Below, one piece after another: positions 11,994 through 24,007 of a stretch of 64,000 nt of DNA. The stretch comes from Utricularia gibba. Taxonomy: Eukaryota; Plantae; Magnoliophyta. Made by a program: the position numbers and the translations under genes. How positions within the stretch are numbered: position 1 is the first letter of the stretch; the number at the start of each line of letters is the position of its first letter. Location of the stretch: contig NEEC01000004.1 in assembly GCA_002189035.1 (NCBI GenBank), positions 5,146,001 through 5,210,000 of the forward strand, in the 5' to 3' direction. Under the pieces are notes generated by a model, which saw only the letters and a list, made by a program, of their open reading frames with translations, searched no databases and was not told the origin of the DNA.

Positions 11994-12686
11994 CTACATG
12001 CGTGTCTGCCTCGCGAGGTAGTGAATGGTCTGAAAAACAATCGCAATCATCAGAGCCGTCGCGACTATGGAGACGCCGGTGTACGGCTTCAGGTTGCTGT
12101 CCTGCGAGCTGATGTTCGCGAAGTCCACCGTGCCCTGGGAGGGGAAAGGATTGAAGGTCCCCACACTAACCCCAGAATCCACCGCCGATGCTCCAGCTCC
12201 GATCGCCCCCGTCGCAAGAAAAAGCTGCAAAAGAGACCAAAATACGCATAAATTGTGTTCCGATTCTGAGACTGAAAAGTAGAATAGGTATACCAGATCA
12301 AAGACGGCAAGGGCATAAAGTGGAACGAGAGAATTCCCCTTGCGAGCAAGGAGGGAGACGATGAGGGACGCCAGGGTGTACGCAGTGCTGAGTGCCTTCT
12401 CCGTTATCAGAAATCTGCAACAACAAGAACAATTGACTAAACACCTGAGCACTAAACAGAAGGAAATGGCGGCGCCGGAGGAGACGTACATCATAAGAGA
12501 GGAATTGAACTGGATCTCGGAGCCATTGATGCTGACGGTCATCCTCCCTCGAGCGATGGCAAGAATGATTATGTTCACCACACACAGGACGAGCAGGAGA
12601 AGCCTCTGGACGGCGATGCTGCGCTTCTGATACGGCAGCTCCTCGGAGACGCGTGTTCCGTACCCAGCTTCGATGTTGGCCGCCAT
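11994..12686 (-). CDS. Divergent CASP-like (CASPL/MARVEL-type) four-TM membrane protein, 3 exons, about 182 aa
   Basis: ATG 12686; GT-AG introns 12489-12415 and 12293-12225 at CASPL-typical positions (after EL1 and after the TM3 Asp in AVFDL). Four hydrophobic segments; TM1 Arg in QRLLLL. Confidence 0.7.
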   Translation of the reverse strand: MAANIEAGYGTRVSEELPYQKRSIAVQRLLLLVLCVVNIIILAIARGRMTVSINGSEIQFNSSLMMYVSSGAAISFCLVLRCLVNCSCCCRFLITEKALSTAYTLASLIVSLLARKGNSLVPLYALAVFDLVYLFYFSVSESEHNLCVFWSLLQLFLATGAIGAGASAVDSGVSVGTFNPFPSQGTVDFANISSQDSNLKPYTGVSIVATALMIAIVFQTIHYLARQTRM

Positions 12687-13574
12687 AGAACTTGCTTGGT
12701 GAACTACTGCAGGACGATGAGAGGACCACAACTCAGCAAGTGCTTAAATAGATGAAAAGTTTCTCCCTTTCTAGAACCAAAGGAACGCGTAAACCACACT
12801 GGACAAGTTTTCTTTTTTTTTCTGACGGAGTTCTTGATTTATTTATAATATAAAAACCCGATTTAGTAATTTTTAAAATAGAAAAAATTTTACGACAGAG
12901 AATAAGTCTGCCTTTGACTTTTCAAACCGCGTGAGGTGTACTGTGTGATGGGATTGGAGGATGATCTTCTCCGGACGTCATTAAAGTTTCAAAGTCTTCA
13001 CATGACCTTTTGACTTGTAAATACTTTTCTCGTATGTTTGTGATCGCCCGAACCGGGCCGGGTGAACCGGGTCACCCGGTGTCCGGATCTAAACATGGTT
13101 AGGGTTTTTGGTCCTATTATATTTTACAAAAAAACAAATAATGCCCTAATTATCTTCCATTTTTCGTTCTCCTTTCTTCATTGCGGATCGGGTCAACCCC
13201 GTACCCAACCAAAAAACGCATAGGTTCATTTTTCTCCTTGTACCTAGTCGTGTCTCAAAAATCAAAGAATATAGTTGCGCTACTTATTTTTTAATTTATA
13301 ACGTAAAGAATAAGTTAAAATTAATTATTGCACACCATTTCAACTTTTATTTCTTTTAGACTTTTAATTTTAATTCTACTTATTTTCCTAATTATTTCAT
13401 TTTAATTAAAAATCAACTTAAAAATCTATTTATTCAATAAGTATTAAATTTGTTACCTATCAAAATAAGTTACCTACTTAGCCCAAAATTTTCATTTAAT
13501 GCCTCTTACTCTTATTTATTATCAATTATTTAAAAATAATTTTTATTTAAATTATTAGCAATGAATATCACTGC

Positions 13575-13744
13575 TATGACAATCTGTAACATATAAATAA
13601 GGTATAAAATGGATAGATGTCAAGTGGAGGTGATGGTATGAGATATGTATAAATCCATTGTAGAGTGGGATACCAAAATCGATTTTTTCCCGAATGATAT
13701 CAATCAAAAAAACGGAAACGACTTATGACAATCTGTAACATATA
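13575..13744 (+). repeat. 21-bp exact direct repeat TATGACAATCTGTAACATATA (13575-13595 and 13724-13744)
   Basis: Read directly from the sequence; probably a transposon remnant. Confidence 0.6.
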
Positions 13745-13948
13745 GACGGGTCGAAAGGGATAAGAGCAAGATGATAAAGTCCATTTCAATAGAACCTTAA
13801 AAGTAATCAAATTGCAAAAACTTCATAGTAACGGATAGATATGTGTCAACATGATCACTTGTACAACTACTGAATGTTGAAAGTAGTTAACATCTTTAGT
13901 ATTCAATCGAGTTGATCTCTCATATAAATAAGGGAACATTTGTAGGAA

Positions 13949-13961
13949 GGGGGGGGGGGGG
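13949..13961 (+). repeat. G13 homopolymer
   Basis: Direct read. Confidence 0.9.
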
Positions 13962-14684
13962 AGATGGATGCTAGACACATCATTCTTAATCCTTCTTTAC
14001 TTGTATTTAAGTGAAACCATTTCTTCAATGAACTACTCCACCTTTTTAATTTTTTTCATTTTAATGGTTTTCACGTAAAAATCTTTCTTTACTTTTATTG
14101 TTTTCATTCCAACAATGATCCAAAAACCCGAAAACGATAAATCGGATACGCACAAGCCAATTTCATAACCCAAAAATCATGCATCCTCAATAATCCGATT
14201 TTTGACCGCAACACTAATAATTTATACATATAAGTCTAGTATGAGTTACAAAATAATTAGTACAAATTACACCATAAATTTCGAACATAATTATGAGAAT
14301 AGTTTATTTTGAAAAAAAATTTAAAATTTGAAATTTCGTCCAATGGAAGCCCACCGAGCCCAATTTGAAAAAATAGATATATTATTTTTTGGAATTTACT
14401 AAAGGAGAAAAATCAGGAAAAAATCGAAAACGCATCGAAGCATGTCAATATCATGGCGCCTTGCTTTCCCGCACGCACAAGGGTGTCTGCAAATATTCCA
14501 ACGGCTTCACTCTCTCTTCTCATGGCGAGTCGAAAACGACTTCATCAACAGACTCATCTCTCTCACACACGGGGACGCACTCCGTTGAGGCCTATATATG
14601 CATGGGTTAATCCTCGATTGAATACTGATCGCCCCAGTTTTCAGGTTCCCGGGTTCAGATGGGCGATCGGGGGGAGGGCGTCTG

Positions 14685-15420
14685 ATGGGTAGTGAAGAAA
14701 TGGGTTTCGATGATCTGAGGTTTTCGCCGTTGTTGAGTTTCCCTGCGGTCTCGGTGATCCCCATTTCTTCTTGTGGTGGTGATGGTTCGGGTACGGGGAA
14801 GAAGCGGTTAAGGGAACCGAAATTGGTTAAGGAGCGTAAGAGAAGGAATCAAATGAGTCAGAATTACTCTCTTTTGCGATCAATGTTGCCTTCTCTTAGC
14901 ACGCATCACAAGGTTGATTCATTGGGATTTTGGGTTCGTGGGATTTTGTTTGGAGTACAATTTCAGTATCCCCTGTTTTTCTATAGATTTTGGTCTGTTT
15001 TCTTGAACCTGGAACCTGGGTGTTTTGTACTTTGTGCAGATCACCAAGGAGATGATAGTGGAAGAGACGATGAACTACATAAAGTGCCTCGTAGAGGAGG
15101 CCGCGAGACTGGAGCATTTAAGGAATCTGCAAATGGAGCAGCGGACTAGAAGACCATCATCAGCTCTACAAAAATGTTTAAGCACATCTGTTAAAGTTTT
15201 GATCACCAGAAACATCGATTTTTTCGTCATTCAATGCCCCAGCAAACGAGGATTGTTGACTCAAATCCTCAAGGTGTTTGAGAAGCATGATGCTGATGTT
15301 TTGGAGGCGACAATCAGGGTCGATGATCAGAAACTGATGAAGCTTACAGCCACAGTGCTGATTCAGAGTGATCCCAGTAACACAATTGAGAAGATAAGGG
15401 ACCAACTATCCAGGATCTAG
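14685..15420 (+). CDS. bHLH transcription factor with C-terminal ACT-like domain, 2 exons
   Basis: Exon 1 14685-14912 (...KLVKERKRRNQMSQNYSLLRSMLPSLSTHHK) and exon 2 15040-15420 (ITKEMIVEETMNYIKCL...KRGLLTQILKVFEKHDADVLEATI...). GT-AG, phase 0. Confidence 0.85.
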
Positions 15421-15858
15421 GGGTGCTCACTTCATTGTTTTCATTAGAGATTGGTGGTTTACAGGCTTATTTTTGTGTTTTTGATTCACTAACTTGTGAA
15501 GCAGAGCCGAGAATTCTGTAAATCGAGAAGCTTTTTTGCAAACTTGCAACTTTTTGATTCAATGAGAGGCACTTCATCTATTCTGTCTGCTAAAGAAGAC
15601 TTGGTTAACTGTCAAGTACGACCAGATACACTGTCATGGTACACTTTCCGGATCCGTGGACACCATAAGACAAAGACAAAGAATCATGACTCCAGTGAAA
15701 GAGAATCAAATCACTAGATATACATAGCATACACAGCATTGCAAGAAAATCATCCCTGTATATTATCATCACCATGGAGTGAAGAAGAAGTGAGGGAGCG
15801 ACAGAGAGAGCTTGCTGCTTCCTTTGATTCACTGTTCAAAAAATATCATACTCATGAG

Positions 15859-17903
15859 TCATGGATAGCCCTTCTTTCTCTCCCTCCAGTTCTCTCCCCA
15901 CACCCTGGCCTCAGCAACTGCACGTTCGCGGTCAAGGTCCCGATTTTTCAGAGCTTCTCTTCCTCTGCCTGCAGTCACTGGGCTACCACCCTGTTGATAG
16001 CTTGGGCGTTCTGCCTCATCCAAACAGCTTCTCCGACCTGATCCACCACTGAACTCACCATTTTGCAGCTCAATACAAGGCCGGAGAGGGTCTCTCTTTC
16101 TGGAATCTGTTGAAGTCCTGTGAGTCATAGGCGATCCATAGTATGCACCACGACTCAGATCCTCCACGCCATTTACACGATCAGATGCATTTCTGTGGTG
16201 ACTTGGGGTGGAAACGGTGCTGCTGTTTGCAGAATTGGGATCATATGTTTGTGATGCCAAATAGTTTAGAGCTGTCACAACATCACCGATCATGGGTCTT
16301 GTAGCAGCTTGCTCTTGCAAGCACATAGCAGCCACTGCCAGTGCATGATACAGACCTCGCATTGGGTAATGCCCTTGGAGCAATGGGTCAGCCATCTTGG
16401 GAAACTTGCGCTGGTCCTTGAACAAAGGTCTTGCCTGCATCAAAGATCAAATGTCAGGTTGTCAAAAAAGACAAACTTTTTTTTGAAAAATGTTAGGTTT
16501 CATACCCAGGCAACAAGATTCTGTTCTTCCCCTGAACCCTTGGTATTGTCAATAGCCTTGCGACCAGTGATGATCTCAAGTAAAACAACTCCAAAACTAT
16601 AAATATCAGATTTTAAGGTAAGTTGGCCGGTCATGGCATATTCTGGAGCACAATATCCATATGTTCCCATAACTCTTGTTGAGACATGAGTTTTATCGCC
16701 TACAGGGCCCAATTTTGCAAGTCCGAAATCAGATAACTTGGGGAAAAACCCATTATCAAGAAGAATATTGGATGATTTCAAGTCTCTGTATATAACTGGA
16801 GGATTAGCCATGTCATGGAGGTATTCAAGACCATTTGCTGCACCTGCAGCAATTTTCATCCTCGTATTCCAGTCCAGAGGTTCCTTATTTGGTGGAAGAT
16901 CTGCATTGAAATCACAACTTCAAGTTCATTTCTACTAGAAACTAGAAGGAGATTTTCGCATTAGTAACTGACCATGCAGATGATCTTCTAAAGACCCAAG
17001 TGGCATAAATTCATAAACAAGAAGCCGCTGTTCTCCATCAGCACAATATCCTATCAAGTTGACAAGATTTGGATGATGTAGGAGGCTAAGCATGAGAACC
17101 TCTACCAGGAACTCTCGGTTCCCTTGAAGGCCATTGCGATTGAGTTTCTTCACTGCAACCATCTGCAAAAATAACTTATGATAATCAGGGAGATGAGGAT
17201 CAAAAACAATTCAACCACAAAAAGAAAAACAAGATCATGCTAAAATCGACAAGGAATAGATTGCTACCTGTCCTGTGCCTTCAAGACGGCCTTTATAAAC
17301 ACGTCCAAAGCCACCTTCACCAAGCAAGCACTCTGATCTAAAGTTCTGTGTAGCTGCAGCGAGCTCGCGAAGTGTAAATATTTGTGCAGAAATATTTGTT
17401 TCTCTTGGAATTACTTCCTTCTTAGACTCATTAACACTCCAAGTTCTTGCTTTTTCTGGGAAACAAGAGGATAAGTAACTTCTTCAAGAATATAAGATCC
17501 TACCTATGACTCATATGAACGAAAAGCAGGCGAATTGGATCACATCTACCGAAATATTCTATCATACGTGAGATGCTTTCAGTTTTTTGCAAACTACAAT
17601 TTACAAAAGCAAGATTCTCATCTTTTAACTATCCAAATGACTAACTGATAGCTTCCCAAATAGCAGCCGAAAAACAAATTCATTTTAAACACTTCAATCG
17701 CTTAATGAGAATACAAATGGTAAGAATGGATAGAGCCCAGAACATCTTAAACCAAAAATACTTAGCCCACTCAACTAAAACGGCTATCAGTTACCTTGAG
17801 CTACTGAGCCTTCTTTAAAGGACTCCTTGGGCATTTCTTTGGTCCCATTTTTACGATCACTGCTTTCCCCCTCCGACGATCCAAAGCAGGAAAAGCACCC
17901 CAT
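15859..17903 (-). CDS. PBL27: Receptor-like cytoplasmic kinase VII, PBS1/PBL27-like
   Basis: ATG 17903 [10 protein letters not shown] (N-acylation motif); [57 protein letters not shown]; C-terminal [18 protein letters not shown] typical of PBS1/PBL27. Confidence 0.93.
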
Positions 17904-19897
17904 ACCAATTCAAGAGAAAGAAAGCACAATCCACAAAATTCATGCAACCAATACAACGATCCGACTGCGCTTCCCAGAGTAGCCCATCTCATGCAAATCC
18001 AATCTCTGAATACTCCTGATACAGACCTAGAGCAGTAAGCAACTCATCAACAAGCCTAGAGATCAGCGAAGCCATAGACACAGCAGATCAATAAATCGAA
18101 GAAAACCCAATTGCCCAAGTGAAAAAAAAAAAAAAAGAAGCAAAAGTTGAAAATCCATCAGAACAAGTTCTCCTGCAAGTGGGCAATGAAGAAATGGCGA
18201 TGGTAGAAAAAGTCAAAAAGGAAGGACTGCTACTCGTTCTGTTTGTGGGTAAAGTTAAAAAATTTTGTCCACCTTTATGCACAACGCGGGATTCACCGTG
18301 TGTTCTTAACTGCGGTTAAACGTTTGGGCCCGTAGGGGATATTCCGTACACGTAACGAGCTGACATCGACCCATTAAAATGCGCTTTCCAAACCGGCCCG
18401 TTTTATCGATCCGGCCCATCTAACACACAAACCTTTTTATCACTCCTTGTTATCGTTTCTCTTGAATTTGAATTATAAGTATATTATTTTGATATTATTC
18501 ATGTGCCCTATCACAATTGAACACTAGAATCAAACATGTTCAACTTCTTATTATAGCAAACAATTCATATAGAAAAATTAAATTGATGTAGTTAACTATA
18601 TAAGAAAATATGAATTATTAATAATGAGTTCAATTCTAATCTTATCAAATATAATCCATGTTTTTTATAATTAAATATGACTTGCGGTATGATTTGAGTA
18701 GTCAAGACGGGTTTCATGTTAGTTTGAATTTTGATTAAAAATAAAGAAATATGTTAGGTTTAAACAACAAAATTAAATCATCTTATAATTCGAACCATAT
18801 CTAATCATAAAAAAATATTAACCTAATAAAATAAAGCAAACAATTCTGAATCAAAAAATAAAAATAATGTGATCCATGCATAAAGATTGTGAATCAATTG
18901 GATATAAAATTTTTGAATTTATCCATATTTTTTATATATCTAAACATCAAATATATGTTCGTCTGACATATCAAATCTTTAATTTCAACATACCTAATCT
19001 CAGAAAAGACGAATCAATGCAACGCAATCATGGGGCATCCGAATCTCCATTTCAAATGCGTTTACACATGGTTTCAAGTCCATTCCTCGGGCTCGTTGAC
19101 GGTGGCTTGTAGCACACCCCTGGAATCTAATCTTTTCGTCCCATCTGGAGAAATCTAAACCCAATTCTCTTGCTCACAAGATGCACATACCATATGCCTA
19201 TAGTCCTTCTATTGCCTTGGCATGGCTCTTTCTCGAAAACTTTTTTATCACATAATACATGTTCGAAGAACATACAAAAAAACACGAAAACCGAACCCGG
19301 TTCGCTGGTTTTGTAAAATAAAACGAGGGTGGACCGGACCCGATGATTTTGGTGATAGTCAACCCCCAAATGGTTTAAGGCACCAACTTTGATCTTGCAT
19401 TATGAACTATCTATCACACATCCCCAAGGAATATTTGATATTACATTTTAAACCCCTCGTTGGAAGTTGGACTAGTCAAATGATTCCACGACTGCTTTTT
19501 TGCAATACTTATCCTATGTTTTTTTCTACCGACATAAATTCAATAATGTACAGGTTAGTCCTTGTTTTTTTGTTAAATTTTCACTTGGCCCCCAAGATAT
19601 GCCTGAGCTAAAATTTCGATGATGTTGCTTCCATACACAAATTTGATAGCAAAATCATAAGGATTGAGTGCACGAAACATATAATATCGTTTAAGCATAG
19701 CATGAGTTGTTATATTTGGTACTTGGCCAAAATTAAATATGTAACGAATGGTGAAACGAGAGGGTACTTCATAAATCTAACAATATAACCTCTTAAATTT
19801 TACATGAGTTCTTTTTCCCGAAATTAAAAAACATAAATAGTAAGGTTTGAGTTCTCAGAACATACAATATTATGTAAGAATATGTGGACCGTTACAA

Positions 19898-19918
19898 GGG
19901 GGGAGGGGGGGGGGGGGG
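19898..19918 (+). repeat. G6-A-G14 purine tract about 230 bp upstream of the first glutaredoxin ATG
   Basis: Direct read. Confidence 0.85.
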
Positions 19919-20147
19919 TGGTTCTTCGCTTTTTGGATTCCTCATAGGTGAGTTTTGGCCTTACCGTCATTAGCAAATGGAGTTTGCTGCGTTGTCCATT
20001 CCTGTTTTTGGAGTTTAGTCATGGTGCATGGAATCTCAGCAAACCCTAATCCTCTGTGTCTCTACAACACAACACCTCTATATAAACCCTTCAAGCATCC
20101 TCCATTTTCCTCACAATATCGTCCATCTCTCCTACTGCACAACACCA

Positions 20148-20456
20148 ATGGATAGAGTGCTCAAGGTGGTCTCCGAGAAGCCGGTCGTGATCTTCAGCAA
20201 GAGCTCCTGCTGCATGAGTCTCACCATAAGCTCCCTCCTCTCCGGCTTCGGGGTGAAGGTAACCGTCTACGAGCTCGACGACATGGCCAGAGGGCGAGAA
20301 GTGGAGCAAGCCCTAATGAGGCTGGGATGCAACCCCGTTGTGCCGGCGGTCTTCATCGGCGGCAAGTTTGTCGGAGGAGCCAGCGAGGTGATGAGCCTTC
20401 ACATCAACAGATCCCTTAAACCCATGCTCAAAAACGCTGGTGCCCTTTGGGTGTAA
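20148..20456 (+). CDS. ROXY: CC-type glutaredoxin (ROXY class), CCMS active site, ALWV C-terminus
   Basis: Intronless 102 aa [24 protein letters not shown]...[13 protein letters not shown]...GALWV*; TATATAAA at 20079-20086. Confidence 0.96.
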   Translation: MDRVLKVVSEKPVVIFSKSSCCMSLTISSLLSGFGVKVTVYELDDMARGREVEQALMRLGCNPVVPAVFIGGKFVGGASEVMSLHINRSLKPMLKNAGALWV

Positions 20457-21467
20457 TGTAGCAAAGCCTTCGTTTCTTGGATATTCCATTTATAACTGGT
20501 GCACGGTTTACAGTGACGAGAGCTGTGTAAAACATTCTGGTTCTGAGCATTTCCTCAAATAACTGAAATTGATCCATGTTTCATCATACCCAAGGTTCGA
20601 AAAACCCATTCCAGAGACTAATCCTCAGCTGCAAACCTCACAAAAACAAAATACAGCAATCAAAGTGTGATAAAAAGTGAGGATTCAAAGCTCCAGACGT
20701 GATGCTTTTGAGCATGCTTCTTCTTTGTCCGATTCACAATCTTTTATCGGACACCCATTGGCTGACTGCCGCCGTCGTGAGCGTAGACGCCTGCGTCTGG
20801 ATGATGCATGGAATTGATTCAAAACGCCAGAATCGATGGCCACGTCAGGCATTAAAGAGCAAGAAGGGGCCGGTCAAGGGACTTGTGTGATTCGGTTGTG
20901 CTTTGTTCCTTCTGATCCACGCGTTGACGGGTCAATTCTAGGGTTTTAAATTCCGTGTTTTATGGATATCGCCAATATCCAAAAAAATTATTTCAACTTT
21001 GAATGTATTTGATATTTTGATATTAATTATTATATATAAATAATTAATACATATATTACTAAAATATTTAATTATGATAAAATCATGTAGTTGTGTGGGT
21101 GAGTATTATGTTATCTAAAACAGATTCGATAAACTTGTAGAAGAAGAGATTCGTACAATCAAGGTACAAATTCAGATATTTGAGAGTATATATATAGTAT
21201 ATATTCTAAAATAAATATCTATATCCTAAATATATTAACATTAATATATTCTAGATTCATGAAAATTTACATATTTATGGGGGTTCTTCTCTATGTTAGA
21301 GTTTATCATGTATTTTTGAGGCCTTGATACAGATACAAACAAGGTTTTGAGGAAAAGTGTTTGGAGTTGGAAATTTTACGAAAATTCAAAATTTTTAGAA
21401 ATTTCCAAAATATTTCATCCAAATTTAAAACTTTTGTTATGGGTTTTTGACACAAGCCTTTTTGGGA

Positions 21468-21808
21468 TGGGCTTCAATTGCTGTTTCTGTTGGGCTAATG
21501 GGCCGACATAGGAGACCGCTAAGCCCAATAAAACACGTAATGAAGACCTGATTCTTCAAGGGGGCCCATACGGACCAAGAAAGCAATAGTATTGAATGAA
21601 GTCGTCCTCGGTCCTCAATGCATACGCATTTGTGCCATCGTTCTGTTCAAAATCCTTTGGTTTTAATGTGACCTAAGGGCATTACCTCCAGTATCAAACC
21701 CTAAACCACAAAAATGGTTTACCCTAAAATATCAAAACCCTAAACCCTGATTCTATTTCTACGTCCATAGACTTCATATAAGTTCACTCAGAACAAGAAA
21801 AAGGCCCA
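21468..21808. promoter_or_regulatory. Cluster of site II elements and telo-boxes with no evident downstream gene
   Basis: TGGGCY/RGCCCA at about 21468, 21491, 21499, 21522, 21563 and 21803; AAACCCTAA at 21696 and 21735; AAACCCTGA at 21742. Confidence 0.4.
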
Positions 21809-23248
21809 ACAATCTCGTCCCATGATGAAGATCGTCTTTGATTATCTAAAACTAGTGACAAATCAACTTTCATAAATTATTATTGAAAAATCACGATTGA
21901 ACTATTTTTTTATCACGAATCATTCATAATAAATTTTTTTATTAAATTCGATAAAATCATGATTGAAACATAATTAAATTGATTTAAATAATGATTTGAT
22001 TGCTTAAACAATTCATGAAATTTAAAATTTTTTTGATACGGAAATTTTAATAATACTCATATGAAGTAAGAGTTTTGAAAAATATGATTGAACGAATTAT
22101 GCAGATGTAAAAAAATACGTTATACCAAATAAACGTAGTTACAAATACATAGGTATATTTTTATTTAGAAACATTTGTATCAAAACAATGTTAGGATTTG
22201 AGATAAAGTACCCTTTTTATTCCAATTATCAGTTGGGTTTCCATTTGGAAACATTACACAGAGCGGTAGTAGGAATGCTGATTTGTGTAGTCGTCGTCGT
22301 CGTCACCGTAAAATATCGCCGAAACCTTTCGAAACAAACGTCAGACAACAAGACCCATTCGTCTCTTTCGCGGCTCTGGGAAGTGGTGATGCAGCCCAAG
22401 TCCAAAATGTGCAATCGGATAAGAGATGGGTGATACTGAAGCAAGAAGAGTCGTTTTGACTGTGTGCCCTCAGTGATTCCTGATAGGGTGGCCAGTGGAT
22501 TGAATACTTTATCCTGCGCAAGAATCACGTACATGCCCTGGAGATAGATCTCTCATATTTTTTACCCTTTGAGATTCTGTGCACCTGATGTTCGAGAATC
22601 GGCATCAGAGGAAAAAGGAGGAGAATAAAGAGGGTTTCCAGATCCATATCAGGGACGAATGATTCCGAAATCTCAAACAATAATGGAACAGAAACGCTAC
22701 TCAGCTGATGTGTTAGTCGTACATCACCCAACCAAAAACAAGATATCACGGAGGAAAAGTCCCCGAGCAGCCCCCCCTTCTGGTCCGATCCACCCCTGCA
22801 CTCAGTATGCGTACTGAGAAGCACATTTCTTTCCTTTGAACGATGATCGTGGACCCAAATGGCGTACTGATGCTGCTGCTTTCGATCGCCTACCTTGACA
22901 GCATTGCGAAATCAGGGGAGGGAAGTTCAGAAAAATGTATTGAAAAAGATGTGGTATTAGTTACGAATAAAGGGAACTGCAAGTTGCTGAGAATGGAGTA
23001 TCTTCTTATCATTCAATCCCGGCACGGGAGTATGGACACGTCTGTAGTTCCCACCTGAACATCCTGAGCTACTCCTTTATCATTCACGCATAAATTCCCC
23101 ACCACCCAGTAGTGCAGCAACTATCCGTTTTCTAACAAGTAACAACCGTCGTAGTCAATGGCTACGGTGATAGCGCCGGTGCGGTGTATTCAGTTGTTCG
23201 CTATAAAAGCAAGGCACGTCTCCCTGTATTCATCCCATCACAGGCAGG

Positions 23249-23557
23249 ATGGAGAGAGTGAGCAAAATGGTATCCGGGAAGCCGGTAGTGATCTTCAGCA
23301 AGACGACGTGCTGCATTAGCCACACGATCAAGGCCCTGATCAGTGACTTCGGGGTGAACCCAACTGTCTACGAGCTCGACGAGATCAACTGCGGCCGGGA
23401 AATCGAGCAAGCCATCGAGCAGCTGGGGTGCACGCCGCCCGTGCCGGCGGTGTTCATCGGGGAGGAGTTCGTCGGAGGGTCCAATGAGATCATGAGCCTC
23501 CATCTTAGGAGAGATCTCAGGCCCATGCTGAAGAAAGCAGGCGCTATTTGGCTTTGA
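23249..23557 (+). CDS. ROXY: CC-type glutaredoxin (ROXY class), CCIS active site, AIWL C-terminus
   Basis: Intronless 102 aa [25 protein letters not shown]...[13 protein letters not shown]...GAIWL*; TATAAAA at 23202. Confidence 0.95.
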   Translation: MERVSKMVSGKPVVIFSKTTCCISHTIKALISDFGVNPTVYELDEINCGREIEQAIEQLGCTPPVPAVFIGEEFVGGSNEIMSLHLRRDLRPMLKKAGAIWL

Positions 23558-23958
23558 AGCTCCTGCAGTACGTGCGGGTACCTCAGATGCCATGGTTGCG
23601 GGCACCGTAGTTTTGTGTGTCCGTGTAGTACTCATGTAATAACTCTCTTACTCCTCAACTGCCGATTGTTCAGTTGTTTTAATTTTTTGCATGAATTATA
23701 AATAATAATTAAATTTCATGATTGTTTAAAAATTAAAATAATATTTGGTACTGTCCTGTAAATCATGTAATTTCTTAAAATATTTACCTGTCTATATTTT
23801 AAAATAGATCCAATAATGTTAGCATCTTCATGCTCTAGCCTCGCAATTGGTATTATAATATGATCATTTTTTTCATGCAATATCTGATACATGACTAAAT
23901 TGTTAATTCATCCTACATTTTTATCCAACTCAGTTGGTATGTTGGACAGTTTTATAAT

Positions 23959-23961
<3 letters not shown>

Positions 23962-24006
<45 letters not shown>
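23962..24006 (+). repeat. (AT)n microsatellite, about 22 units
   Basis: Direct read. Confidence 0.97.

Positions 24007-24007
<1 letters not shown>

Noticed and set aside
20028-20147. 40-aa N-terminal extension of the first glutaredoxin in the ORF track
   Set aside because: The ORF starts upstream of the TATA box at 20079; the family-typical start is ATG 20148.
22229-23058. Several 70-100 aa ORFs between the glutaredoxins
   Set aside because: No recognisable domain or consistent exon chain.
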